A DNA stretch of 64,000 nt, taken from NCBI GenBank assembly GCA_011109175.1, contig RDEW01000005.1:310001-374000 (forward strand), read 5' to 3'. Source of the stretch: Dicyema japonicum (taxonomy: Eukaryota; Animalia; Dicyemida). A program made the position numbers and the translations under genes. Below, one piece after another: positions 11,490 to 23,420 of this stretch (position 1 is its first letter; each line of letters begins with the position of its first letter). The notes beneath the pieces were generated by a model, which had not been told where the DNA came from, searched no databases, and saw only the letters and a list, made by a program, of their open reading frames with translations.

Positions 11490-11970
11490 AAAAATGTCAT
11501 GTGGCTCGCCGACGACATGATGGCATTTGAAAAAAAAGAACAACACTTTCCCCTATCTTCACGAGTGGACCAATAAGGAAGGCCTGCGCCGCTGCGGAGA
11601 CGTTGAGGCAAACCCTGGACCAAACAGAATAGTCTAACTCAACATAAATGGAATCAAGAACTTTCTTTTTTATTGCTAATTCTAGAGTCTAAAGTTTCTC
11701 CAAATAATTCAACTCCAGTATTTCCGGGATTAGAATTACAACGAAAACTCTTAAAGGAGGCTATTTTACGGAGCTACCCTCTATTCCATACACTATCGAA
11801 AAATCTACAATCATACAGAAATTTTGAGCCGATGCCATGTCCAATGAAAAAAACTTTTCAAAATTCTCGACCCCGCCGGACTTGTCCTCTCCTTTGTCGG
11901 TCTGGGATCACTTAGTTAGATGAGAACTTTTCTTTCTTTTTGACCCAGTGAACCTGGGGGTAATAATAAT
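11490..11970 (+). mobile_element. Short internally deleted Vingi-like element carrying an intact 2A motif
   Basis: GLRRCGDVEANPGP (11581-11622), then NRIV*LNINGIK (APE start), joined to the family 3' end (RSGIT*, CCCAGTGAACCTGGG hairpin, TAATAATAAT). Confidence 0.75.
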
Positions 11971-12225
11971 ACAGTTAAACGTAAATATAACCCACTTTAT
12001 TTAACAAACAATAAAAAGTTAATATATTTAATCAACAACCTTCCTCGCCTGCCTGTTCGCCAGCCTCCTCAGGCAGGTTCGATTCTGGTTGCTGAAACAA
12101 CTCCGAGAGCGCCTTGTCCAATTGAACCCTCTGCCCATATGGCATCTCAAGGCTCTGCCTCCTATACTCCAGTGTCAGGCTCTCTAGGGTCCGCTTTAAC
12201 ACAGTGGACTGTAAATAGACCTCGG

Positions 12226-15200
12226 TTTCCCGACGCTCCCTCGAGGCTTTGGTCAATAGACACCCAAGTGCTCTAAGGAAAGAGACCGTCTTGGGGCCAA
12301 AGACTCCGCTCGTCTCGACGACCACTGGCTGTACATGGAAACGGTCGAGGCTTTGGTCAATAGACACCCAAGTGCTCTAAGGAAAGAGACCGTCTTGGGG
12401 CCAAAGACTCCGCTCGTCTCGACGACCACTGGCTGTACATGGAAACGGTTTAGGAGGCTGCTGTATTTCTTTATTTTTGAGTTTTCATATAAACGGGCGG
12501 CCTCTCCCGCTTTCATTGCCTACCTCAAAAGTTTCGACTGGGAAAAGCTGTCAGTACAGGCAGCATCACAAATTAAGCATTTGCCCCGAGAGAAGGGGAA
12601 GACAGTAATTCCATCGGGTCGCTTCCCACCATCCCTACTCAAGCCCGTTGGCTCTAGAATGGATGAATATCCCGCCAACTCGAGGGCGCGCTTCACCACT
12701 TCATTTATAGCCTTGTGTCTAGCGAATCGACCTGCGCTTTTTCGACAAGAAAGGGCATGATGTCCATAGCAGTCGACCTTCCGGCCGCATCGGCACTCAT
12801 GGGGTTGACANNNNNNNNNNNNNNNNNNNNNNNNNNNNNNNNNNNNNNNNNAAGGGGAAGACAGTAATTCCATCGGGTCGCTTCCCATCATCCCTACTCA
12901 AGCCCGTTGGCTCTAGAATGGATTGGTATCCCGCCAACTCGAGGGCGCGTTTCACCACTTCATTTATAGCCTTGTGTCTAGCGAATCGACCTGCGCTTTT
13001 TCGACAAGAAAGGGCATGATGTCCATAGCAGTCAATTTAAGATTCTTATTTACTTAATGATGTAAAAATGTATACAAACTCCTTGCGTATTGTTATGCAG
13101 TACAGAATCCCATTTTATGTTCTAGATCAGTTAATGAATTAAAACGTATTCAACACTACTTGAGAAAAATTATGCAATACAGAGTTATTCTATGTTACAT
13201 AATTTCATTTGACACTCTGGATCATTTACTGATGTATAAATTAGATCACGAAATGAATAACAAAATAAACATTATCACTTCTTTTCTAATAGAAGCTNNN
13301 NNNNNNNNNNNNNNNNNNNNNNNNNNNNNNNNNNNNNNNNNNNNNNNNNNNNNNNNNNNNNNNNNNNNNNNNNNNNNNNNNNNNNNNNNNNNNNNNNNNN
13401 NNNNNNNNNNNNNNNNNNNNNNNNNNNNNNNNNNNNNNNNNNNNNNNNNNNNNNNNNNNNNNNNNNNNNNNNNNNNNNNNNNNNNNNNNNNNNNNNNNNN
13501 NNNNNNNNNNNNNNNNNNNNNNNNNNNNNNNNNNNNNNNNNNNNNNNNNNNNNNNNNNNNNNNNNNNNNNNNNNNNNNNNNNNNNNNNNNNNNNNNNNNN
13601 NNNNNNNNNNNNNNNNNNNNNNNNNNNNNNNNNNNNNNNNNNNNNNNNNNNNNNNNNNNNNNNNNNNNNNNNNNNNNNNNNNNNNNNNNNNNNNNNNNNN
13701 NNNNNNNNNNNNNNNNNNNNNNNNNNNNNNNNNNNNNNNNNNNNNNNNNNNNNNNNNNNNNNNNNNNNNNNNNNNNNNNNNNNNNNNNNNNNNNNNNNNN
13801 NNNNNNNNNNNNNNNNNNNNNNNNNNNNNNNNNNNNNNNNNNNNNNNNNNNNNNNNNNNNNNNNNNNNNNNNNNNNNNNNNNNNNNNNNNNNNNNNNNNN
13901 NNNNNNNNNNNNNNNNNNNNNNNNNNNNNNNNNNNNNNNNNNNNNNNNNNNNNNNNNNNNNNNNNNNNNNNNNNNNNNNNNNNNNNNNNNNNNNNNNNNN
14001 NNNNNNNNNNNNNNNNNNNNNNNNNNNNNNNNNNNNNNNNNNCGAGTCCACCAAAGCGAACGGGCAAGGTTGCTTGTTCCCATCCTTGTTCGTCGAATTC
14101 GACATTAGTAATACATTCGGTCGTAGACCGGAATAGGGAATCAATCGCCCCGAGTTGTTGCATTTTCAGGTAACATGGAGCTCCTCGAAGGACGTAATTT
14201 AATTTCTGCGTGGATAAAGCGTTTTTCTTGAGAAAAAGAGAGGTATGTGCATCCAGCATCCCAAGGCGTAAAAAAGTTTTTCTTAGTTGCTGTTCTTTAG
14301 CCAACAGAGTGTCGTTAATTCCAGTTTCAGCCAGAGGGCATCCAAGTATTTCCAAATGATCCGGCTCGATTTCCGATATTTTAGGAATAATCCCCCGAAA
14401 CATTAATAGGATCCGATTCCATTCATATCGGGAGAATCCATAATTAACAATTTCGCATTTGGATGCGTTTAGCTTTAAACCAAGCGTATCCAATTGGGTT
14501 AGTAATCTCTGTAGACAGTCATATACATTGTTAGGACCTCCCAGAGTGCAATAATCCAAATACCACACGTTCAGCGGAGTAGTAAGGCATCTCATGACAC
14601 GGTCGACACCGAGGCAGAACAATGCCGGTCCTAGTGGGTCTCCTTGTTGAACCCCACATGACGAGGGAATGAAGTATTTCCCATGTACAAGACTGGACGG
14701 TTTTCCATACGAACAATGAACATAATTATATATAGACGGGTAATGGGTAAGACAATCTTCCAAAATTACATCGCGCCGTATGGTATTGAAGGCGTTTTTT
14801 ATGTCAATCTTGAGGACCACACAAGGCATGTTCGTTCTGTTTCCAGTAAACATCCGAACGGCATGAACCGCCGCCTCACATTCACCAGGAGTACCGACCC
14901 CTACTTGGGTTGGTCGCAGTTGTTTAACAAGCATCGGAAGGATTGCTCTGCTCGCAAGTTTAGAAGCCAGTCGACGAAAAACAAACCCAACAGCAATAGG
15001 ACGAATTCCTCCTCCAAATTTATCAAAGGCAATTAACTTGGCGGAAAACATAATATGACGGATTGCTTCTGGTAATCTTCCGGAAAGCATTCTGTTGATA
15101 AATCTCGTTATAGCCGATAATAGCCGAACGCCAGAGTTCCCCGTATTCTGATCAATTAAGTTTTTTAGGTGTCCTGGACGGAGTCCGTCAAGTCCCCCAC

Positions 15201-16080
15201 TGCTGCTTGGGGCGAATGAGAGGATCGCATCTTTCACGTCCCCCTCAGAAATAATCAGACTAGGTAATTCTCCAGAGCAAGTAGGGATCTGTTCGTCCAC
15301 TGGCGGACCAGGATGTCGTTCAACCAGTGCATCGTAGGAGTGTTCAGTTGGCTCAATTAGACGGTTATGCTCTTCTAGAGTCCTCACGGTGGCCCGGACT
15401 CCACCTTCAGATAGTTTGCGATGTATCGCTCTTCCCAATCTTTGTGTTTCTGAGGCATGGTTCTCGTGGTTTGAGGGCTTGAAGGTATATTCTCGGGAGT
15501 CACTGAACAAATTTCCGGAAGAAAACAAGCAAATATTTTCCTTTACAATAGACGTTAGCGATTCCTGATTTTTCCTCTTCTGACAGGGCATACATAGCGT
15601 GTATGGTGCAAAGTAGAATAATCGTGTCCAATCCACTGGGTCAGTCGAAGAAATTGCCCTTTCAATACAATCGTGTAAACAGTCGGCGGCAGGAACACGG
15701 GCAGCTTTTGGAATTTTGATCATGATCCTTCGTGTAGATGCAAGGTTTGCAATTGATTCAAGGGTTTTCTGGTAATCTATTGGTATTCGTTCAGGTGAAT
15801 TAGGTGGAGTCGATGGTGCTTTCGTCCCAGGAAGGAGGCATGCCTGGCAACACCAGTTGGTAATGGTGGTAAGGGCTTTTTTGGTCATTCCAACACATGA
15901 CATGTGAAAAACCGACGAACAAACGACACAACATATCAGCCGCTTTCTTTTGTTAATTTTATTGCAAAATTCACAAAGCTCTTCTCTTTTGTCGATCTTG
16001 TGCATATCGCTTCTGGTTACTTCTTTCTCAATTACACCACTTATTACACCACTACTATTTTATTCAGTGTTTAATTAGTT
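12226..16080 (-). mobile_element. CRE-clade non-LTR retrotransposon (PHD finger - RT - CCHC/RLE), interrupted by assembly gaps
   Basis: ORF from 16005: CEFC..CVVCSSVFHMSC..WCCQAC (PHD), IRPIAVG, QVGVG, DIKNAFN, GVQQGDPLGP, YLDY, LPVRFGGL; [33 protein letters not shown] at 12.5-12.8 kb. Confidence 0.9.
13298..14042. other. Assembly gap (N run); a second 40-nt gap lies at 12811-12850
   Basis: Runs of N. Confidence 1.
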
Positions 16081-18949
16081 TTAGCCATATTGTCGACGAC
16101 TTAAGGTCGACATGTGGGTTGTCCAATGCTCTGAAAAGGACCTTATGAATGCTTTTTAAGTTGATCTTTTCCATCAAATTATTATATTGTAATTCGATCA
16201 ACGCCTTCACATTTACTAGCCCACCATCATCAACACCATACTTAGCAGACAAAAAAGGTCTGATAGTGCCTAGGTGGGTTGCCCGTGTTTTCTCGGTCGT
16301 TATTATGGCGTGCTTCCTAGCAGACACACTTGACCCAGCTATCAGGGTGTCGTGCATTCGCATTAGGATACGCTCACTTAGTTGGACTACTCCACACAGT
16401 CCACGGCCGAATTTATCACGAGGTAAATATAGTCTCTCCTTATTGGCTGCCAACACATGGACATGGTTCTCTCTGAGTACTCCACGGATCATAACATCCA
16501 TCTCATCATACTCTTTGGGGTCAAACTCCACAACACCTATGTAGTAGTTTAGCAGCGAGACACCATACTCATTTAATGCTAGGATCAAATTCCTTGCATT
16601 TAGAGACGTCTTACACAATAACGCTGCTCTTTTACAGATGCCTTCAGTAATTTGTCGCTTTGTCTCAGGCATTATAAGGGACTTTGGAGATTCGGTAACA
16701 CCCAGATACTTATATCTCTCGTGTTCCTCTAGGACTCTTACTAACTCGCTACATACTTGCGTGTTAGTCGCAGACTTTGAATAATTCAAATCTAGTCCTA
16801 AACTCTCAAAGAATTCCCTGGCACAGACCCCCATGGAGTAGAGCTCCTCTGCTGTTCGAGCATGCATCTTCAGGTCATCGATAAAAAGATGGTGATTTGT
16901 ACTGAAACAAACCCCCTCACAATGAACTGGTATTTGCTCAAACCGGTCATTGAGGTGGCGACTCAATGGCTCCAAACAGAGAACAAAGAGCAGCGGAGAC
17001 ATGCTATTCCCCTGAAGGATCCCCCTCTTGAGTTTTACCTCGCCTATCCAATGCCTATTATAGTTCAGATGAATACTCCACCTATTCATCACAGCCACTA
17101 CAAAGCTGATGAACCACACAGGCATACACAGACTGTGTAGGCACTCGACGAAATAAGAATGATCAACTGAATCGTAAGCCTTCTTCACATCCACCCACAT
17201 AAACAAAAGTGAGTTTCCGTGAGACACAGAAAGGCATTTGTTGATCAAAGCCTGCTCTTTTGCCCCCTGAAAATTTCGCACAGTACCCACCTGATTCTCA
17301 GAAAGAATCCCATTTGCTTCTACAAACTCTTGACCTCACTAGCCACCAATTTGGTCATCAGTTTATACAGGGTTGGCATGCAGGTTATCGGTCGATAATC
17401 TGCAGCAGACTGGGGGTTGTCCAGCTTTGGGATCAAATAAGTTGTCCCTGTGCATGCCCAATCAGGAATCGTTTCCGGATTAGTGATGCTTTTCTGTAAT
17501 ACACGACACATAGACTCGTGTAATGAAGTGCATCTTTTGATAAAGAAATTATAAACTTTATCGACCCCGGTCGTTTTCCAATCAGGGAGATGTCTCACTA
17601 CCGCCTCAAATTTCTTGCGAAAAACGAAAATTCCGCAAGATTCCGCCAAGAAAGGAGCGGCGCTGTACGGGACATTCCACGCATTTCCTCTGCGTGGTTT
17701 AGCCTCCCACATACTACCCCATGTGGAAAGCATTTCCGCGTCCTGCTGGGAACATACACTATGGCCATTGTCATGTAGGCGACGGTAAAACAATCTGCGA
17801 TTAAACTCAAACAGATTATTTTCTCTCCTTCTCTTACACCGACTTTCATGTGTATAGAGTTTCCTCTTATACACCATTATTGCTCCCTCTAACTCCACCT
17901 TTGCACTCCTCAACTCTTTGAGGTCCCATTTGGGAACACGGAGTTTANTGGGAACATACACTATGGCCATTGTCATGTAGGCGACGGTAAAACAATCTGC
18001 GATTAAACTCAAACAGATTATTTTCTCTCCTTCTCTTACACCGACTTTCATGTGTATAGAGTTTCCTCTTATACACCATTATTGCCCCCTCTAACTCCAC
18101 CTTTGCCCTCCTCAACTCTTTGAGGTCCCATTTGGGAACACGGAGTTTACTAATTAGCCCCTTTACTATAGCCGGTGCTTTTTCTAACCCCTCTCGCCAC
18201 ACTACTTATGTTCCCCTCCAGTGCTTCCAGCTCAGTCTGTCTCCAAGCAATCTTGGCACAGATCTGCTCCCTCCATTTACTGGGTGGTCTGGGCTTGTCT
18301 GTCAATTCCTCATAGGTGATCTGTGCTGCATACAGCACTAGGGAGATCTCACCCAGTGACCCTACTGGCTTAGCCTCCACCGCATAAGCCACAGCCTTAT
18401 TGATGCAGGTTAACACTACACCGTTAACCTTACATTAGGAATCTTGCGGGTAAATCTACGGTCCTCGAGTGGACATCTGCCGCTGCAGCGAGATTCCGCG
18501 CGAAGACCTCATAAACATGCTTGAGCTGCAACGTATCACAGCTCTGGTGCTCGTGCTCTCTTTGACAGTTGTGGTCACCTGGTCCCCGCCCCTTTAGACC
18601 AGTACCCTCTTTGCCTACAGCCATCTTCTTGAGTTCACTCACAGATATAGCAGTACTGAATCTGTCACTGGAGAGCTCCGCCAAGTATGGCTAACCATTC
18701 CAGGGCATTCGAGATAGCCTGCTACGTACCTGCAGGACTACCTGCCTCACCCATTCTTTTGGGTCATCTGCCACAACGCTCTTCGATATGGCAAGAATTA
18801 CATTCATACAATCAGGTAACCCTTCTCCTTTTTCCTTTCAACATTTTTCCCAACTCGAGAGAGTTTTAACGCCACCGAATCGAAAGCAAGTTGCATGTTT
18901 TAATTTATTAAAGGATAATTATACAGTTAAACGTAAATGAGATTAGATA

Positions 18950-19240
18950 ACTTATAAAATTAATTTAATATTCATTTATTTTTTAAAAATTGTTTTACAA
19001 TATGGCGAACCTATAAATACATTATTAAATTATTTGGCGTGCAGTTGCCACGTTGTTGTGTCTCTTCTTTGTTGTTCATTATTTTGTCTTTTCTTTTGAT
19101 CTTATATTGTAATATATTTTTTTTCAATATTGTATATTTTAATGGATTCATCAAATAATGTTGAAGGTTGTTATCAAAATGTCTAATATATATTTCGGTA
19201 ACCTATAAATATGGATTATTCTTTACTATTTGATTTGTCC
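18950..19240 (+). repeat. Left arm of a ~270-bp imperfect inverted repeat (partner 24850-25150)
   Basis: Shared blocks TACAATATGGC(G/A)AACCT, GCGTGCAGTTGC, CATCAAATA.TG.TGAAGG.TGTTATCAAAA and GGTAACCTA.AAATATG. Confidence 0.7.
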
Positions 19241-19299
19241 TGAAAGAGAATATTTGTTATCAAGAAAAGAAAACATAATTGTCAAAACTATTACTGTCC

Positions 19300-19790
19300 T
19301 GTTCTATTATCAACCTTCTTCACTATCATAAAACCTCCTTCCTTCTTTTTGATGGATTTTCATAATTCTTTTCAATTGAAATTGGTCTATTTCTATTATC
19401 ATTCCTTTAATACTTATCGTTGATTGAACCGTTTTCTGATTTTATTGATATACTCAATGCACATGAACCGTGACCACCAGTGTACTTAGAGAACATATTC
19501 TCAATAGGATTCAAAAATAGGAGAACACGGAGGCAATACTTTTAGTTTGCTATTGTTTTGATCAAAATTTTACTTTATCAAAGCTCTTTTATGAAATGGA
19601 ACATTATCGCAGATCACCACAATATTTTGTAATTTTTCTTCATTTACCAAATATTGGAAAAGATCATTTATATATGCCATGAAACTTTCCGTGCTATATG
19701 GCTTTATTGAAATTTGTAAAATATGATCCCCGATTTTGACATTGCACAGCACACACTAATATTCCTTGATCTGATTGATTTAACCACTAA
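19300..19790 (-). mobile_element. IS630-Tc1-mariner transposase remnant
   Basis: RNISVCCAMSKSG..KPYSTESF..VVICDNVPFHK..YLPPCSP. Confidence 0.65.
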
Positions 19791-19869
19791 AGTCGGCGTT
19801 TGGCCATTTTTAGCTCCAGAGTACCCACAGCTTTCCTGTATCGACGACTGAAGAGGTGGGTTTCTTTTC

Positions 19870-20110
19870 CAAATTTACGTGTATTTGAGGATTCTAGTCT
19901 TGAATAGAAACGACTTGTTTTGTGATCACAGACCGATGAAACCGGAACCGATGAACCGGAATGATTGGGGCGTGGTCAAGCATTTGGGGAAAAAGATTGG
20001 CAGATAGATTCGTTAGACGTACCAATTTGGCTATAGCGAATTGATATTGTACAAATTTGATATTGAAACTCAATAAGCCCATGAGGCACAAGCATACTCA
20101 ACCGTTGGTT
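19870..20110 (-). mobile_element. LINE C-terminal fragment, homologous to 54.95-55.23 kb
   Basis: AKLVRLTNLSANLFPQ versus AKLVRLTNLPADLSPQ. Confidence 0.55.
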
Positions 20111-20494
20111 TTAAATGTTGATTGTGGTTAAATTTTTTTGAAAAAAAGATTAATTTTTGGTGAGAGGGTCCCTTCCCAACAAACCAGTTTTGAGAACGAT
20201 TTTAACTATATACTTTTTCCACTACATATCCATACTGTATTCAGCAACATTTCAAAGTGACATGCAATTAATTCAGCTTTTTCTTCTTGGTTACTCATGT
20301 ACTTTTTTTCTTTGTCAGTGATTCCTCTTTCTTCGAAAAAAAATTTCCACTTTTACACAAACAAATATTTACCCAGTATTTTATTAGATATTCGCTCATA
20401 AAACTTTCTTCAGACGCAACAAGATTAATATTTTTTTCGGAATTTTACAATACGTGTAAATTATATTTAAACAATAGAAGTCAGGTAGTTGCCG

Positions 20495-20590
20495 CCCTCA
20501 CTGCGTGGCTGTTCCCACTCAAAATTGCGAGCGAAATTCGCTCAAATAGCCAGCGGCGTTCACGGAGATCTTCAGTGCATGAGGTGATCC
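20495..20590 (-). mobile_element. CRE 3'-terminal stub inside the MutS remnant
   Basis: Reverse complement TEDLRERRWLFERISLAILSGNSHAVRAATT*. Confidence 0.75.
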
Positions 20591-21079
20591 GGTTTCCAAG
20601 ACGTCCGAAAAACTCTACCTTTCAAAATAGTAATAATCTTCATATCAATTGTTACACTCAATGTCTTTGATCATCTGTGGAATGGGATGCCGACCTTGTT
20701 TAATTTCAAGGTTCCCAATTTTTTTGTCCGAGGTAAATAGTGACGTAGACAACTTTCTGCATTCACCACGAGGATAGATGATAACGGTGTATTTTTGATG
20801 TAATTTGATTTAAAATCTTTTTATTCGTAAAAATTTTGGAATTGATAGTCACCATCTGTGAATGGTTTCCCATTTTTGATCTCATGACTGAAGATTAAGC
20901 ATTTAATATTAGTAATCCTGGCAGACGAACTTTCAATTTTAATATTTTTTTTCTTCCACAGCTAGTTTTCGTGCATCGCCAATTGGACATTTTCTTGAAA
21001 AAACTTTTAATTAAACTGTTTCTCCAGATTAGATTTTTTGGGGGGTTTTTCAACGTGACTAGGAATGTGTAGAAATTGT

Positions 21080-21900
21080 TTTTCCTGGTTTCCAATTGAT
21101 TTTTAACCAAGTTTGGTGATTTGAATTAGGATCCCCACAAAATAATTAGTTGTGGGAATCTACGACATCCGGTAGTGAAAGTCTAAATTTTTTAAAGCAG
21201 GAGTGGTGGGGTTACGTAAAGCTTAATATTGAAAAGTTACCCGTCCGTATTAGTATCAAGGTGCAATGAATTCAACGGATAATTCGAGGTTGTCGTATTT
21301 CGGATTTTGGAGTAAGGGATACTTTTCATGAAAAAAGTGATGACACCCCATCCATGGACAGTTGATCGGTCTCGTCGGATGCTATATTTTGTAACGACAG
21401 GGGGTGGGTGAGATGGAGAGTTTAGTTTCTCGTAGGACGAATATGTTTACATTGTGTTTCTAAGGAGATTTCTGAGTCCCAACATTTTCCCCTTCACATC
21501 GTTATTTGCAAATGTATGCCCTGGACGACCTCATCATGTCACCACATGTAGTCATGACGTAACATACCCATCATTTAGAGGCCAAATGATCAAAGATACT
21601 TACCTTGACTACAAATGATGACACATCTTCGATCCACTTCAAAACAGATTCCAGTCTTGAGGGTATATAATACATCAAGGTGCATTGTTACCATAGTTTA
21701 AACACGTTGTTGAAGATTTAACATCAACACGGGGGTAGCCCATTCCTTGAAGAGGACTGGGTTAAGGGCTTTTGAGCTGATCTTTTTAATAAGGTTTAAT
21801 TGCGTAACTTGATCAACTTCTTCATATTCCTAACCTCACCATTATTGACGCCATACAAGTATGCTCGTATAGTGCCTAAGTGAATCCCCCAGGATTTGTA
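21080..21900 (-). mobile_element. R4-like CCHC/RLE fragment fused to a Vingi-like APE fragment
   Basis: DHLASK..LRHDYMW*HDEVVQGIHL (R4-like), then KGKMLGLRNLL..VLRETKL, RRDRSTVHGWGVITF and IICGDPN (APE). Confidence 0.6.
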
Positions 21901-23199
21901 TATTTAATATGGCACATTTCCTGTAAGACAAACCAAACCGCCAGGATCTTAAGGAAAATGCGGTCGCTCATGTTAGTTAATGCAGACAACTCCAGACCGA
22001 ATTCAACAAGTAGTAAATAGAGTTTTCGTTTATTCACAGATCGGACATGGACGCGGTTGCCCCTCAGTACTTGTGTGATCACTAGGGCGATTTTTATTTT
22101 GACTTTATAAATCGGAAATTTTGATTTTTTTGACTATGATAAATTTATCTACAAATTTTTTTAATATAAAGAAAAACTAATCAAAATCTTTATTAAAATA
22201 CAGAATAGTGTATTTCAAAACGTTTTCAGGTTTAAAATTTCTGTCTTTAGATAGTAATTTTTCCAATGAAGAAAAAGTTATCTCAACAAATGTGGAAGGA
22301 CACCTTTTCAAATAGTTGTATACATATGGAGAAATATGTTGTTTTTCCACTTTTGTGATAGAAAGCACTTGATTGACAATTAATCTTGATTTCAGTACTT
22401 CCTGATTCCACATTAATCGTCTCCGAAATGAAATCTCTGAATGTATTCAACAGCGTCTTCGCGATCTATCGCAAAATCACTTAGAACATCTTCATTCATC
22501 TGACAGATAATCACTGATCATAAAGTAAATGCCACCGTGCTCACACGACTTGAAGTCTACCACCCCCACGTATCCGGCTGTTCTTCTAGTCAGACACATC
22601 AAATCTCCATACGGGAATTGGTTGCTGAATTTAAAAATAATTTCCGGACCGATTTCTCAAAAAAATACAAAAACACATTCATCCATGGGCCGGAGATTTT
22701 CAGCAGACGGAGAGAACAGTTTTATCTCATAATGAACACAAGGTGATTTGTAATAAAATAAATCTTCATTCGAAAAAGTGTACTGTTCAAAGAAGTGATC
22801 CCTGGTAGTAAGGTTTCGAATCCATGGCTCGCAGCTGAGATATATGAGGTTGAAGAAAAATGTTTACCAGACTTCTTAATTTTGATATTCAGGAGAAATT
22901 TGCCTAGTGCTGGAATAGCTAAGAGAAACATCTTGAACTACATTCTCCCGTGGGCCAGCGTGAAGTTTTCCAGAGGAGTTCCCCTAGGCATTTCTTCAAA
23001 TCCGATTGCTGAAAGAGGTCGGGATCACCACAAGTTAAATTCGCAGTTTATGTTACATGAGACTATTTTTAGTGGATAATTTTTTATATAACTACTTTTA
23101 AATTGTCTTATCAAACCTAAAGGGATTGAATGACCTAAAATATGTCATGTGCGTAATTATAACATTTATTGCTAAAAAGCACTCTCGAGAAAGTATAAT

Positions 23200-23420
23200 A
23201 TTAGGTAAGTTTTCCTTGTGTCGTATTAATACCTTCTGCCTCCACTATTATCCTTTGTTACGCGCTAGTTCTCTTAGGTAGTCCAACCGCCGATAGGTCT
23301 TCGTTCAAGATAGTCGGAAATGTCGTTCTTTACCTTCCACGGAATGCGGCTACTGTGTGTGCTAAGTATCCATTGCGACATTTGCGGGGACCTGGTCATT
23401 TAGACGAAACACGTGGCCAA
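23200..23420 (-). mobile_element. RTE 3' fragment
   Basis: GHVFRLNDQVPANVAM..LDYLRELARN. Confidence 0.6.

Larger units (their letters stand above)
11987..18920 (-). mobile_element. R4/Dong-like RT-RLE retrotransposon with an embedded CRE element; 18-bp TSD
   Basis: R4-like RT at 16085-18900 (YRPITC, DVKKAYDSVDH, RGILQGNSMSP, FIDD, YKYLG) and R4-like 3' end at 11987-12225; ATACAGTTAAACGTAAAT at 11969-11986 and 18921-18938. Confidence 0.8.

Noticed and set aside
11440-11520. Possible HDV-like ribozyme (as in the L1Tc/Ingi 5' signature) upstream of the 2A
   Set aside because: Only simple hairpins (GTAACC..GGTTAC, CCCG..CGGG) are visible; I could not build the nested double pseudoknot by eye. 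An RNArobo or Infernal search would be needed
13160-14173. Long ORFs in the track (337, 289 and 265 aa, and the tail of the 919-aa ORF)
   Set aside because: They are artefacts of translating through the N gap
16060-16090. Spliced-leader RNA gene as the CRE target
   Set aside because: No SL-like exon, GT donor or Sm site is recognisable at this or any other CRE junction
17747-18149. 201-bp tandem duplication in the R4-like ORF; also 12851-13035 duplicating 12595-12780
   Set aside because: The copies are near-identical and joined at an N or an N gap, so they are most likely contig-overlap artefacts
20505-20590. ~90-bp repeat (also at 9690 and 50545) that looked like a SINE or structured ncRNA
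   Set aside because: The reverse complement encodes the CRE C-terminus WLFERISLAIL.GN, so these are truncated CRE ends
21517-21547. Apparent third 2A remnant (CGD..PG) upstream of an APE start
   Set aside because: Another frame reads LRHDYMW*HDEVVQGIHL, the R4-like HDYVWRHNEVV motif, so this is an R4 fragment fused to APE and not a 2A
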